Assembly (NCBI GenBank): GCA_038087875.1 | Contig: CM075989.1 | Span: forward strand, 5,642,001 to 5,706,000 | DNA: 64,000 bases | Reading direction: 5' to 3' | Source: Malacoraja senta | Lineage: Eukaryota | Shown: piece by piece, positions 51,293-64,000 of the stretch | How positions within the stretch are numbered: position 1 is the stretch's first letter | Layout: each line of letters starts with the position of its first letter | Program-made: the position numbers and the translations under genes | The notes under the pieces: model-generated | Seen by the model: only the letters and a program-made list of their open reading frames with translations | Told to the model about the DNA's origin: nothing | Databases searched by the model: none

Positions 51293-51568
51293 AGGGCCTG
51301 TCCCACTTGGCGATTTGGCCGGCGTCATATCAGTGTCGCCAAACGTTTTTGAACATTTCAAAATCCAGCGGCGACAAAAAAAGTGGTTGCGACACTTGAA
51401 AAAACACCGCGCGTCATACGTCATCACGCCGCGTCATACGTCCTCACGCCGCCTCATACGTCGTCACTCCGCATCATACATCGTCACGCCGCGTATTTTT
51501 CGGTGACATGATACAACAGTCAATGATGTTGGCAGTTGCCGAAAAAATTGCCAAGTGGGACAGGCCCT
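51293..51568. mobile_element. Harbinger-type MITE with internal tandem repeats
   Basis: AGGGCCTGTCCCACTTGGC...GCCAAGTGGGACAGGCCCT; internal CGCGTCATACGTCATCACGC-like repeats. Confidence 0.85.
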
Positions 51569-51689
51569 TAACAGATTCTTGATTAGTAAGGGTGTCAGGG
51601 GTTATGGAGAGAATGATAGATCAACTGCTATTGAATGGCGGAGTAGACTTGAAGGGCTTAACTCTGTCACTTTTGCTTCTCGATCCTGA

Positions 51690-52345
51690 ACTGGACTTTG
51701 AACATTGTTGCAACAGTGAAAAAAGCCCAGCAGAGACTGTACTTCATCAGGCTGCTCAGAAAAGCTGGTCTGCACTGTCGACCCTCTCACCCAGGTCTAC
51801 AAAGGACTGATAGAGAGCATCCTCACCACAGGCATCACGGTGTGGTATGGAAACACCACACAGACAGAGAGGAAGGCTCTGCAAAGAGTCATAAAGACTG
51901 CAGAGAGGATTATCAGAATGGAACTTCCCTCCATGGAAACAATCTACACACAGCGCTGTCAAAAAAGAGCAGAGAGAATCATCAGAGACACACTACATCC
52001 AGCTCACTCCCTGCTCAAACACAACAACTGCACATACAACCTCAGGCACAGACGAGCGGACAGCATCGCCACAAACAGAACACGCTTTTTCAAGAGCTTC
52101 TTCCCTGCCACAGTGAGACTCTTGGCCAAAACAAAATGAACTGATGTCCTGATCCACCTCATAACATATAGGGTTTCAGGCACTTTCTTTTTTTATTTCT
52201 AGAGAAGTATATGTTTTTATAGATTATGTGTTTTTCTGTGTGTCTTTTTAACTTGACTTGACTTGACTCTCTGAACAACCGCACAAGAGTTCCTATGTGT
52301 GTAAGCACAAATGGCAAATAAAGTTTTTGATTTTGATTTGATTTG
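51690..52345 (+). mobile_element. Rex1/Babar-clade LINE 3' fragment
   Basis: VKKAQQRLYFIRLLRK, WYGN...LQRVIKTAE.II...HPAH...FFKSFFP; (ATTTG)n tail. Confidence 0.85.
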
Positions 52346-52654
52346 AACCTATGAACATGAAGATAGTCTATTCCAATGTCCTCCAGGCTTTCTGCACTCC
52401 CTGCGAACCAGTGGTCAATTTGAAGCTTTCCCCCCTGGGGCTAAATTCACATCAAGTTCCAATCACCCATCGCCTCTTGTATTTTTACCTATCATAAATT
52501 TCTCATGATGGAGGTGGTGGGTCACAGACAAGGCCAGTGTTTCTCGACCTGAGGAAGGGGGTGGCCGTCTAACTTCTTGACCGACTACAGTACTGCAGTA
52601 CTTCGAGTACAATTGAATGGCTTGCTCATGGACTTCGGAAACCAGATCAGAGTC

Positions 52655-53383
52655 AAGGTTTCAAGGCCAGTTTATTGTCACATGTACCAGTTGAGATACA
52701 GTGAAATTTGAGTTACCATACAGCCAGACTAAGTGAAAAGCAACGAGACACACAACCACGTAGAAGTTAACATAAACATCCACCACAGTGGATTACACAT
52801 TCCTCACTGTGATGGAAGGCAATAAAGTTCAATCTTCTTCCTCTTTGTTCTTCCACGGTCGTGGCAATCAAACCATTCACAGTGGGGGCGATCAAAGCCC
52901 CCACAGTCGACGGTTGAAGCCCCCATCGGGGTGATCGAAACTCCCGTGTCGGGGCAGTTGAAACTCTCTCTGCGGCATAGAGCTCCCGAGTCGGCCTCTT
53001 CTTACCAGAGACCGCGGGCTTCACAAAGTTTAAAGTCCACAGGCCCTGCGGTTGGAGCTTCGATCCCTGGCAAAGGGATCGCAAGCTCCGTGATGTTAAA
53101 GTCCCACAGACTCCCGCGGCTTGGAGCGCCAGGAAAAGCCGCCAACTCCACGATGTTAGGCTGCAGTGGGGACGGAGATATGGTACGGAAAAAAATTGCA
53201 TCTCCGTCGAGGTAAGAGATTGAATAACAGTTTCCCCCAACTGCCCTCCCCCCACCCCCCACATAAAACAAACCAAGAAACACTAAAATACTTTTTAACA
53301 CATATTTAAAATAACAAAAACAGAAGATAGGACAGACAGGCTGTTGGCGAGGCAGCAATTTTTTTTTTTTTTGGCGCCACCAT
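52655..53383 (-). mobile_element. Non-autonomous retroelement family X, copy 2
   Basis: Shared AAACATCCACCACAG...CACTGTGATGGAAGGCAATAAAGTTCA block; flanking GAGTC repeat. Confidence 0.7.
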
Positions 53384-54951
53384 GAGTCGATCACATTTTT
53401 AGAGGTTTGGAGTGGTACACATTGGTGGCAAAGCTACCATCTTGAGTATGTTGGGTGTCAGAGGTTATGGGGAGAAGGCAGGAGAATGGGGTTGGGAGGG
53501 AGAGAAAGACCAGGCATGATTGAATGGCGGAGTAGACTTGATGGGCCGAATGGTCTAATTTTACTCCTCTCACTTATGATCTTATGATCTTGAGTACTTA
53601 GCGAGCCAGAATATTTTTGTTTTAATGATAATTCAGCAGTCCTATAAGCATTGTTACTCCTCTACTCCCACCAAGATTGGAAGAGTTTTGGAATACCAAT
53701 CTTCTATAGGTGTGTTGTTGGGAGCATAATGGCTGGTGGCATTGTGGTTTGGCTTGGTAACTCAGACACCCAAAAACAAAGGAAGGTGCAGAAATCGCTG
53801 GACGTTGCCTTGTCCATCATGGCTATCGTTCTCCTCACCATCCAAGGGATCTGCAGGAAGCGCTTCTCTGGGAGGACAAACAATGTCATCAGAGACCGAC
53901 ACCACACCGGCCATGCTCTCATCTCACTGCTACCATTGGGAAGAAGGTACAGAAGCTCGAAAAGCGTGAGCTCTAGCTTCAAGAACAGCTTCTCCCCATC
54001 GACTATATGGTTCTTGAGTCACTCTGCAGAGGCCCAACCACATCCCCACCCAACTACCATGGACTACATGGATAGGACAGGTTTGGTACATGGATACGAC
54101 AGGTTTGGAGGGATATGGACCAAACGCAGGCAGGTGGGACTAGTGTAGCTGGGACATGTTGGCCGGTGTGGGCATGTAGGGCCGAAGGGCCTGTTTCCAC
54201 ACTGTATCTATGACTATGACTTTGAAACTATGTTGCACTACTTGCTTCCGCTGGCACTATTGTGGTCTAAGCTATAGTTGATAATTGATTGTATTATTGT
54301 TTGTTATATATTTATTTGTTGTGTGGCTGCGTTAATGTGCCTGGGAACACGAGGCAACTAAGTATCACTGTGTTCCCGTACTGGTCCATTTGACAATTAA
54401 ACATTCTTGACACTAGATCATGACTGTGGCCATCTTTTCTTTCATTCTAGATTTTGCCAAGGTGACCTTTAAGGTTGTTAATCCAAGACTCTGGATTACT
54501 TATCTACTAATCTTGTAATCCAACCCACAGCAGCATTTAACCTACATCAGCTCTCAGTTCAGAAACATTTCATCTTAACGTGACAAGTTTTGTGACAATG
54601 TTCCATCATACTGTAACCTTGAAATCACCTCCATTCCTACAATCCCCCTGTTCTCTCGGCTCCTACAATAAGGCCATCTCGACCTTCCTAAAATTAAATA
54701 TCTTCCACTGCTAAAATACTAAAATCTGGAATTTCTTTCTTAAACTGGGATGACAGTGGCGTAGCGGTAGAGTTGCTGCCTCACAGCGCCAGAGACCACC
54801 CTGACTACGGGTGATGGCTGCATGGAGTTTGTATGTTCTCCATGTGATCCCGTGGGTTTTCCCCGGGTGCTCCGGTTTCCTCCCGCACGTACAGGTTTGT
54901 AGGTTCATTGGTTTCGGTAAAGATTGTAAATTGTCCTTAAGTGTGCAGGAT

Positions 54952-55436
54952 ACCGTGCGCAGTGGAGAGCATGCCGACTGGTTGCATCGTGGCTTGGTTC
55001 GGCAACCTGAGGGTCCAGGAGCGGAAAAGGGTGCAGAAAGTTGTAACCACTGCCCAGTCCATCGTCGGCTCTGACCTTCCCACCATCAAGGGGATCTATC
55101 GCATTCGCTGCCTCAAAAAGGCTGCCAACATCATCAAGGACCCACACCATCCTGGCCACACACTCATCTCTCCGCTACCTTCGGGCAGAAGGTACAGGAG
55201 CCTGAAATCTGTAACATCCAGGTTCAGGAACAGCTACTTCCCCACAGACATCAGGCTATTAAACTCGCCAACAAACAGACTCTGAACTGTAACAGCCTAT
55301 TGCACTTTATCTGCTTATTTATGTGTATATTGAACTGAACTGTTCTGTATTTTTGCTTACAATATTCTGTTGTGCTGCAGCAAGCAAGAATTTCATTGTC
55401 CTATCTGGGACACATGACGATAAACTCTTGTCTTGT
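54952..55436 (+). mobile_element. Rex1-like LINE 3' fragment inserted in a SINE (relatives at ~18350-18830 minus and ~53695-54040 plus)
   Basis: AVES..TGCIVAWFGN...IIKDPHHPGHTLISPLPSGRRYRS...FRNSYFP. Confidence 0.8.
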
Positions 55437-55709
55437 CATGGGGATCGCTGATTGGCGAGGACTCGACGGGCCGAAGGGCCTGTTTCCGTGCTGTATCTCT
55501 AAAGTAAACAAAACCTCTTTGCCAGTTTACACTGCATTCTCGTTTGAAGATCTTATTTGGCAGCTATGTTTCTGACCATCTGTTCAACATCGCACATGGC
55601 TCTGTGCCAGGTTTCAGCTCTGCGAAGCAACTTGGTCCAAGCTGTGAAGCTGAAATTGCTATTGAGCTGGGACTCTTGGTTGCAACTGAAGATGCCCACA
55701 AGCGTGAAA

Positions 55710-56045
55710 GGTGGCACAGTGGCGCGGCTGGTAGAACTGTTGCCTCACAGCGCCAGAGACCCGGGTTCAATCCTGATCTCGGGAGCTGTCCGTGTGGAGT
55801 TCGCACGTTTTCCCTGTGACTGCGTAGATTTTCCTCAGGCGTTCCGATCTCCCCCAACATCCCAAAGATGTGTAGGTTTTGTAGGCTAATTAGCCTCTGT
55901 CCAAAAAAAAAATGTTCCCGAATGTGCAGGGTATGGACAAGAAAGTGGGATGACACAGAATTCGTGTGAATGGGTGATCGATGGTCGCATTGACTCAGTG
56001 GGCCGATGATCCTGTTTTCCTGCTGTATCTCTAAACTAAAGCTCA
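55710..56045 (+). mobile_element. V-domain tRNA SINE
   Basis: Same family. Confidence 0.8.
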
Positions 56046-56856
56046 ACTCAAATAAAATGTGACTGTGACCGGAAGCCAACTACCAAATTCAAAATAAACA
56101 CAGAAAGTGTTGATGGAACTCAGCAGGTCAGGCAGCATTGGTGGAAAGAATGGCAGGCAATGTTTTGGGTCTGACGAAGGCTGAAACACCATCTTTCTAT
56201 TCCCTTCACAGCTGCTGCCTGACCCTCCAGCACTTTGCCTTTTGTTCAAGATTCCAGCATCTTCAACTTCTTGTGTCAACAGATTTTAAATGGCTTATCA
56301 GTTTAAAACTAAGCCTTATTAAAAACCTTTTCAAAGGTTTTGTTTAGTTTAGAGATACAGCATGGAAACAGGCCCTTCGGCCCACGGTGTCTACGCTGAA
56401 ACTAGCACTATCCATACATGCTAGAAACTATTTACAATCTTTGTAGGTCAATTACCCGTCAATTACCTGTAGTTCTTTGGAGTTTGGGATGAAACCGGAG
56501 CACCTGGAGAAAACCCACGCAGGACATGAGGAGAACATATAGACAGCAGCCGAGGTCAGGATCGAACCTGGGTCTCTGGCGTTGTTAGGCAACAACTCTA
56601 CCGCTGCACCACCATGCCACCCAATTTACTTTCCCAAGTTCCAGCCAAGAGAATCAGGAGGTGAGGAGTTTTATTTTAAGTCAGAAGCAAATGGCTCTAA
56701 TTCGCATCTGGCTGCTAAGAAAAAGGCTTTGAACTATCTCTTGAATGGATCACCATGGAGCTACAGGATGACTGTGTCTCGGGTGCTGCAAAAGGGAACA
56801 CTTGCACTAGAAAAGAAATCTGGTCAAAAGCTCTGCAGAAATGCAATTTAAAACAT

Positions 56857-58464
56857 TTTTTTTTTTTTTTTAATTTTTATTTATTAGAAGTACATTACAT
56901 TACAACCACATACATTAATACTCGTCATTTATATCTTCTTACAATTAATGTACTCCCTTTATTTATTTTTTTACACTAGAAAAAGAAAAGATTGAAAGAA
57001 AGAAAGTGAAGGAAAAAGTGCAAGTGTAGAAAAGTGTAGAAAATGTAACAACAAAAAAGGACGAAGACCCTATAAGAGCGAAATTAAAAACAAAAAGAAA
57101 AAGAGTTAAGAAATAGGCCCTAAGAAAAGAAAAGAGAAAGAGAAAAAAAGAGAAACAAATGTTTTTTTTTGAGCATCACATAAATAGGACATACCAACTC
57201 TTCAACTATCATCCCCCCTTACCTGACCTCAATTTTTTATTTTTTTAAAGTACTTTTGCACCCTATGTTTGTAATAATTCTATAAATGCAGACCACGTCA
57301 GGTGGAAGTGATCTGGTTTACCTGCTAGGAGGAGTCTTATCTCTTCTAGGTGTAATGTTTCAAACATATTTGAAATCCACATATTTATAGTTGGTATTGG
57401 AGCCTTCTTCCAAAATTTTAGAATTAGCTTTTTTCCAGTTATTAACCCATAGTCCATTAATTTCTTTTGAAACACATTTAGTTCTGGATCATCTTCCGTT
57501 ATTCCAAAGATAATCCATTCTGCTTTGGGTATCAGTCTTGTTTTAAATAACTTTGTAAAGATTTCAAAAATTTCATTCCAAAATTTTTGAATTTTTGTAC
57601 AGAAGACAAATGAGTGCGCTATAGTAGCTTCTTGGGATTGACATTTATCACAAATAGATGATACATTTGGGAAAATTTTATGAATTTTAGTTTTCGAATA
57701 ATATAATCTATGTAAAATTTTAAATTGTATTAAAGTGTGTCTTACATTAATCGAGCATTTATGCACGTTTAATAAGTATTCATTCCAACTTTCCTTTGAA
57801 ATTTTAATAGCTAACTCTTGTTCCCAGTCTCTTCTGATACCCTCCGTAGGTGGTATTTGTACATTTAAAATAATATTATACAAATATGATATTAAGTTTG
57901 CTGATTCCGCTTTTATCTGCATTGCCTCGTCCAATACATCTACTGGATTATTATAATGATCTTTTGTATATTTTTTCAAATAGTCGCATATTTGAAAATA
58001 TTTAAAATATTGATTATTTCCGAGTTTATATTTTATTTGTAATTGTTGAAATGAAAGTAATTTTCCAGTTTCATACAAGTCACCAAGCGTTTTAATTCCT
58101 AGTCTATCCCATTGTGTATAAGCTTTATCTATAATAGAAGGACTAAACGAAGGGTTATTGACTATAGGTAATAAAAGTGATAAGTTTCTTAATTTTAAAT
58201 TTTGTTTTATTTGTTTCCAAATACGGATTGTACTATGAATAATTGGGTTCTTATTATAGTTTATGTTATTCAGTTTCATTGGAGAGAGGAGGATCGCTCC
58301 AATGTTTCTAGAGGAGCAATCCTCTTTCTCCATTACAATCCAGTCTACTTGCTGGGCGGAGTTATCCATCAGTTGAATCATGTTTTTAATATTTACTGAC
58401 CAATAATAATACATAAAATTAGGTAGTGCTAGACCCCCCAATACTTTAGGTTTATTCAGATGGG
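56857..58464 (-). mobile_element. L1-clade LINE, 5'-truncated, with an intact 392 aa ORF2 C-terminus
   Basis: GGLALPNFMYYYW...CDKCQSQEATIAHSFVFC; poly-A tail; 10 bp TSD TTTAAAACAT at 56847-56856 and 58465-58474. Confidence 0.93.
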
Positions 58465-59297
58465 TTTAAAACATATACAGCCATGACAGAAACACATTTC
58501 AACAACTGTAATAATGGACAAAATCCAGAAAAAAAATATACGATAAATATACGAGGGCAGTCACGGTGGCGCCAGAGACCCGGGTTCGATCCCGACTACG
58601 GGTGCTGTCTGTATGGAGTTTGTACGTTCTCCCCGTGATCTGCATGGGTTTTCTCCGAGATCTTCGGTTTCCTCCCACACTCCAAAGACGTCCAGGTTTG
58701 TAGGTTAATTGGCTGGGTATAAATGTAAAATTGTCCAAGTTGGCGATATGCAGAGTACTGCCCTGCCGACTACAACATTCAGAAGGTTCAGATAACTCAA
58801 AGTCAAAGTCTGAACAATAACCTTTTATTCAACAAAGCCTCCATTCATTGAGAGATCATCTAAGAAGCTGAGTGAATACAAGGAACTGCAGACAGACAGC
58901 ATCTCTGGAGAACATGGATAGGTGATGTTTTGGGGCCGGAAGGGTCCTGAAACCAAAACATCCACCTATCTATCTTCTCCAGAGATGCCGCCTGACCCAC
59001 CGAGTTACTCCAGCATTTTGTGACTTTTATTTCTAAGGAGGAGAGTAAAGGATTTAAGGAACAGTACTCAACAATGGTGTTAAAAGATCTGTTGTAAAAT
59101 ATTCAACGTATATTGTACCATCTGAAGTCCTCTCGTGGTCTGATCACATCTTCCTTTCTGAATCATTCAGGAAAGAAGCTGCAAACTGGTGACCAAACAT
59201 TCCCCTTGAATTTCACCTCTTTCCCTCCCTCCCCCACCCTAATCGTCCTGCTAGTTTTACTGTTCATGTCCATGCGTTATCATCTCCTCCACAGCCA

Positions 59298-61760
59298 TCA
59301 TAGAAACATAGAAAATAGGTGCAGGAGTAGGCCATTCGGCCCTTCGAGCCAGCACCACCAATCAATGTGATCATGGCTGATCATCCTAAATCAGTACCCC
59401 CGTTCCTGCTTTCTCCCCATATCCCTTGATTCTGTTAGCCCATAGAGCAGTTTGAAAACACCCAGTGAATCGGCCTCCACTGCCTTCTGTGGCAGAGAAT
59501 TCCACAGATTCAAAACTCTCTGTGAAAAAGTTTTTCCTCATCTCAGTCCTAAATATCCTACCCCTTATTCTTAAACTGTGACCCCTGGTTCTGGACTCTC
59601 CCAACATCGGAAACATTTTTTCCTGCATCTAGCCTGCCCAATCCCTTAAGAATTTTATATGTTTCTATAAGATCACCTCTCATCCTTCTAAATTCCGGTG
59701 AATATAAGGCCAGTCGATCCATTCTTTCATCAAATGTCAGTCCCACTATCCCAGAATTAACCTGGTGAATCTACTCTGCACTCCCTCAATAGCAAGAATG
59801 TCCTTCCTCAAATTAGGAGACCAAAACTGCACACAATATTCCAGGTGTGGTCCCACCAGGGCCCTGTACAACTGCAGTAGGACCTCCTTGCTCCTATACT
59901 CAAATCCTCTCGCTACGAAGGCCAACATGCCATTAACTTTCTTCACTGCCTGCTGGATCTGCATGCTTACTTTCAGTGACTGATGTACAAGCACACCCAC
60001 GTCTCATTGCACCTCCCCTTTTCTTAATCTGACACCATTCAGATAATAATCTGCCTTGTTGTCCTTACCACCAAAATGGATAACTTCACATTCATCCACA
60101 TTATACTGCAACTGCCATGCATCTGCCCACTCACCCAACCTATCCAAGTCACCCTGCAGCCTCATAGCATCCTCCTCGCAGCTCACACTGCCACCCAGCT
60201 TTGTGTCATCTGCAAACTTGGAGATGTTACATTTAATTATTTTGTCTAAATCGTTAATATATATTGTAAATAACTGGGGTCCCAGCACCGAGCCTTGTGG
60301 CACCCCACTAGTCACTACCTGCCATTCAGAAAAGGACCCACAAATTCCTACTCTTTGTTCCCTGTCTGCCGACCAGTTCTCTATCCAAAGTCAAAGTCAA
60401 AGTCAAAGTCAAAGTCAATTTTATTCGTCACATGCACCCGAAGGTGCAGTGAAATGAATTTGCCAGCAGCGACACACTTAAAAAAAAGAACACACAAAAC
60501 ACAATAGAATTTAACACAAAGATCCACCACAGCATTCTTCACTGTAGTGGAAGGCAACAAAGTTCAGTCAGTCCTCCTCCCTTGTTCATCCGTGGTCGGG
60601 GCCATGAACCCTCAATAGTCACCACTACGGACGGCCCGATGTATAGGCCCTCTCATCGGGATGATCAAACCTCCGACGCCGGGACGATCAAACACTCCAA
60701 GGCTTCAGGATATTATAGGCCGCAGGCCGGCGGTCGGAGCTCTTCTACGGCGATCCACGGCAAGGGATCCCAGGCTCCGGATGTTGTCCACTCCCCGCCC
60801 GCGGTTAGAAGCTCCGCAGACCACAGGCGCATGATGCCAAAGTCACCAGCCCAGCGATCGGAGCACTCCTCTCTGGCGACGCCCAGCAAGGGTTCCCCCT
60901 CTCCGTGATGGAAAAGTCCACGCTGCGCCCGCTGCTGAACCACCGGGCCCGACTCTGGGAAAGGGCGCTCCAATCCAAGCTGTGAGGCCGCGAGGGAGGC
61001 GACATGGAAAAAGTCGCCTCTCCATCGAGGAGGCTCCCGAAAGCGGTTTCCCCCTTCCCCCCCCCACCACTCCCCACCCAAGACACACCAAGAGACACCT
61101 AAACTATCATTTAGACACACCAAAAAAAGCAAAAAAAGTCGATTAACGAACACGCTGCTGGCAGTACAGCCGACTCGCAGTGCCTCCAACCATGTTAATA
61201 CCCTACCCCCAATACCATGTGCACTGATTTTGCACACTAATCTCTTGTGTAGGACCATGTCAAAGGTTTGCGAAAGTCCAGATACAGCACATCCACTGGC
61301 TCTCCCTTATTATTTCTACTTGTTACATCCTCAAAAAATGTCAGAAGGTTAGTCAAGCCTGATTTCCCCTTCATAAATCCATGCTGACTTTGACCGATCC
61401 TGTCACTGCTTTCCAAATGCACTGCTATTACATCTTTAATAATCAACTGAAGCATATTCCCCACTTCCGAGTTTGGTCTATAATTCCCTGTTTTCGCTCT
61501 CCCTCCTTTCTTAAAAAGTGGGATTACATGAACTACCCTCCAGTCCACAGGAACTGATCCAGTGTCTATAGAACATTGGAAAATGATCACCAATGCATCC
61601 GCGATTTCTAGGGCCACCTTCTTGAGTACTCTGGGATGCAGACCATCAGGCCCTGGGGATCTATCTGCCTTCAGTCCCAACAGTTTACCTAACACCATTT
61701 CCTGACTAATGTAGATTTCCTTCAGTTCCTCCCTCCCATTAGATCCTCGGTCCCCTAACT
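59298..61760 (-). mobile_element. CR1-clade LINE RT region, frameshifted, interrupted at 60388-61189
   Basis: [43 protein letters not shown]; (ATAGAAAC) tail. Confidence 0.92.
60388..61189 (-). mobile_element. Non-autonomous retroelement family X, copy 3, nested in CR1
   Basis: (AAAGTC)n tail and the shared block; it interrupts the CR1 RT. Confidence 0.75.
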
Positions 61761-62755
61761 ATGGACCATTAGGTGCTCTTTGGTCATCGGTGCTGACTCT
61801 GATCGGTAACGTACCTTTTCATACTTCTAGTTTCCCTCTCCCCTAACTCTCAGTCTGAAGAAGGATCTCGACCTGCACGTCACCTATTCTTTTTCTCCAG
61901 AGTTGCTGTCTGACCCACAGAGTTACTCCAATTATTTGTGTCTCTCTTCCGCTGAGTTACACCAGCATTTTGTGTCTATCATCAGAGAGACCGATATTGA
62001 GAGAGAGCCTAAGAATACACAGAGGCAATTTGGACTTAAATATTCATGAGTCAGCAGTGAACAAGCAATTGACTTCAATAAAATTGCAGGCATCCGCTGC
62101 CTTCTGGTAATACTAAGCTCGCATTTTGCTCAGTGAAGGTCAGCTGGAAGTGAAGCAGAATCTGCCACATCATGAAAGTGTGACCAGCTGACCTAACACC
62201 AGGTGTAGAGTTCACAGTGTAGCAATCCAATCGGCTTTCTCTTGAGTTTAATTAAAACTTGGAAAAAAGGAACGCTGTCTGCATTCATCACGTTAGGTCC
62301 GAAGGGATTTAACGGCGGAATATTAAATGCAGCCACAACAAAACAGCTGACTTAATGCATTGCATTTAAAGGAGGTAGGCACTTTGAAATAAAGAAGCAG
62401 TGAGAAAGAAAACAGCAGCTTGTGAGTTCACACAAATGGTTTTCAAACAGTTTCGGAATGTACTGATTTAAGAATAAACTCAACTCAACGAATTTAAAGA
62501 ATTAAGTATAAAGGTTGAGGATGAGTCTTTAATTTACAAAATTGAATTTTATTCAGCATCAAAAACATATTGAAAACGGCACGGTGGCGCAGCGGTATAG
62601 TTGCTGCCTCACAGCGCCAGAGACCCGGGTTTGATTCCGACTACGGGAGCTGTCTGTACTGAGTTTGTACGTTCTCCCCGTGATTTGCGTGGGTTTTTCC
62701 CGAGATCTTCGGTTTCCTCCCATACTCCAAAGCCCTACAGGTTTGTAGGTTAATT

Positions 62756-63799
62756 TAGGTATGTTACAATACTTACCTTCAGCGGCGCTGCAGTTCTGCC
62801 ACTGGTCGTGTGCGTGACTTTGGCGCCTTTGAGGGGGGGGGGCCAGGATTAAAATTTCGTTTTCTCCTGCCTGTCCGAGATATATTTTCTCGGGCTGCTA
62901 GCTGATGCGGAAAATTCGTTCCGACTTCGGTTCTTGGAAGTTTTTTTTTTAAATTGCGGGACAATTTAATCGCCGGAGTAAAATAAAAAAGCGACTTTTA
63001 ACGCCGTCAACGCCGACAACGGGACGGATCTCACGACAAAACAAAATGTAAGTCGTGTATTTTACATATAAACTTCCTTCTTAGGATGACTTTAATCAAA
63101 ATTTCCTTGGCGAAAATGTGATTTTGGCCCCATACGAACCAGCAGTGTTTTTCTTGCCGTTATGGGGTTCAAATTCACCGCAAATGCAACGTTCCAAACA
63201 ATCGCATTCCACAAAAACCCACTCGCAAGACGATTTAAATGGCCATTAATTTACGGGAATTAAACATTAAATTCCTTCCAATTGGCCTATAAATTCATGA
63301 CAATGAGATTTAAAAATCATGTTATATTGTGAATTCTTGTGTGAATGTTATTTGGACACTTAGGCTATTTAAAAATGTTAATCCTTTCTCAAGAAATGGA
63401 TAGATGTTTAGATCTAGTAATTGAATTTTGTAATTAGCTACAATTAGGTAACTAACTAATTATATGCTTTAATTTCAGGTCTTTCAAGTAAGATTGTTTC
63501 ATATTTGTTTCAGAATGCTTCAATCTATAATAACTGAAAATTTCTTTCAGTTCTCTTAATTTTTAAGAAAGTTATGGGCTTTTGACTGTCCTCGATCACA
63601 GCTTTTGTGTAAAGTCAATGGAAAAGCAATAGGGAACAAGATGCTAATTTCCGAGTATGAAAATGGCCATAACGTTTTTAATACTGAAGATATGAAAGTG
63701 AAATAGGTGTCAAATTAAACTTCTTTTTATGCTTTATCTGATGGGATAAATTGCAGACTTACTTGAATTTTAAAATCTCAAAATGTTGTAACATTGCTA
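62756..63799. mobile_element. Non-autonomous TIR DNA transposon (1044 bp) inserted in a SINE
   Basis: TIR TAGGTATGTTACAA / TTGTAACATTGCTA (12/14 match); GTTAATT duplicated at 62749-62755 and 63800-63806. Confidence 0.82.
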
Positions 63800-64000
63800 G
63801 TTAATTGGCTTGGTATGAATGTAAAAATTGTCGCTAGTGAGTGTAGGATAGTGTTAGTGTGCAGGGATTGCTGGTCGGCGCAGATTCGGTGGGACGATGG
63901 GCCTGTTTCAATAGACAATAGACAATAGACAATAGGTGCAGGAGTAGGCCATTCGGCCCTTCGAGCCAGCACCGCAATTCAATGTGATCATGGCCAATCA

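Overview
This is eukaryotic, repeat-dense vertebrate DNA. The repeat set (V-domain tRNA-SINEs with CR1-type tails, CR1, L2, L1, Tx1, Rex1, Penelope) suggests a cartilaginous fish, possibly a skate or ray; this is an inference. One intact protein-coding gene is present: a non-mammalian (type II-class, C-terminal-tailed) GnRH receptor on the + strand, join(34820..35368,44313..44517,47016..47506), 414 aa. It has a candidate non-coding first exon and TATA promoter near 21.8-22.0 kb, directly behind a 9-copy G-rich minisatellite; a 200-N assembly gap lies between that exon and the coding exons. Nearly all other listed ORFs are transposon fragments or repeat artefacts. The most notable non-gene signals are: (1) about two dozen minimal hammerhead-ribozyme motifs from Penelope-like pseudo-LTRs, plus fold-back mini-elements with 11-14 bp TSDs; (2) a family of Harbinger-type MITEs with shared termini, repeated insertion at the same SINE position, and TSDs mismatched at the middle base; (3) a ~0.8 kb non-autonomous retroelement family with a covarying RNA hairpin; (4) a 1 kb TIR element with a 7 bp TSD; (5) several nested insertions. 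Repeat boundaries without stated TSDs are approximate.
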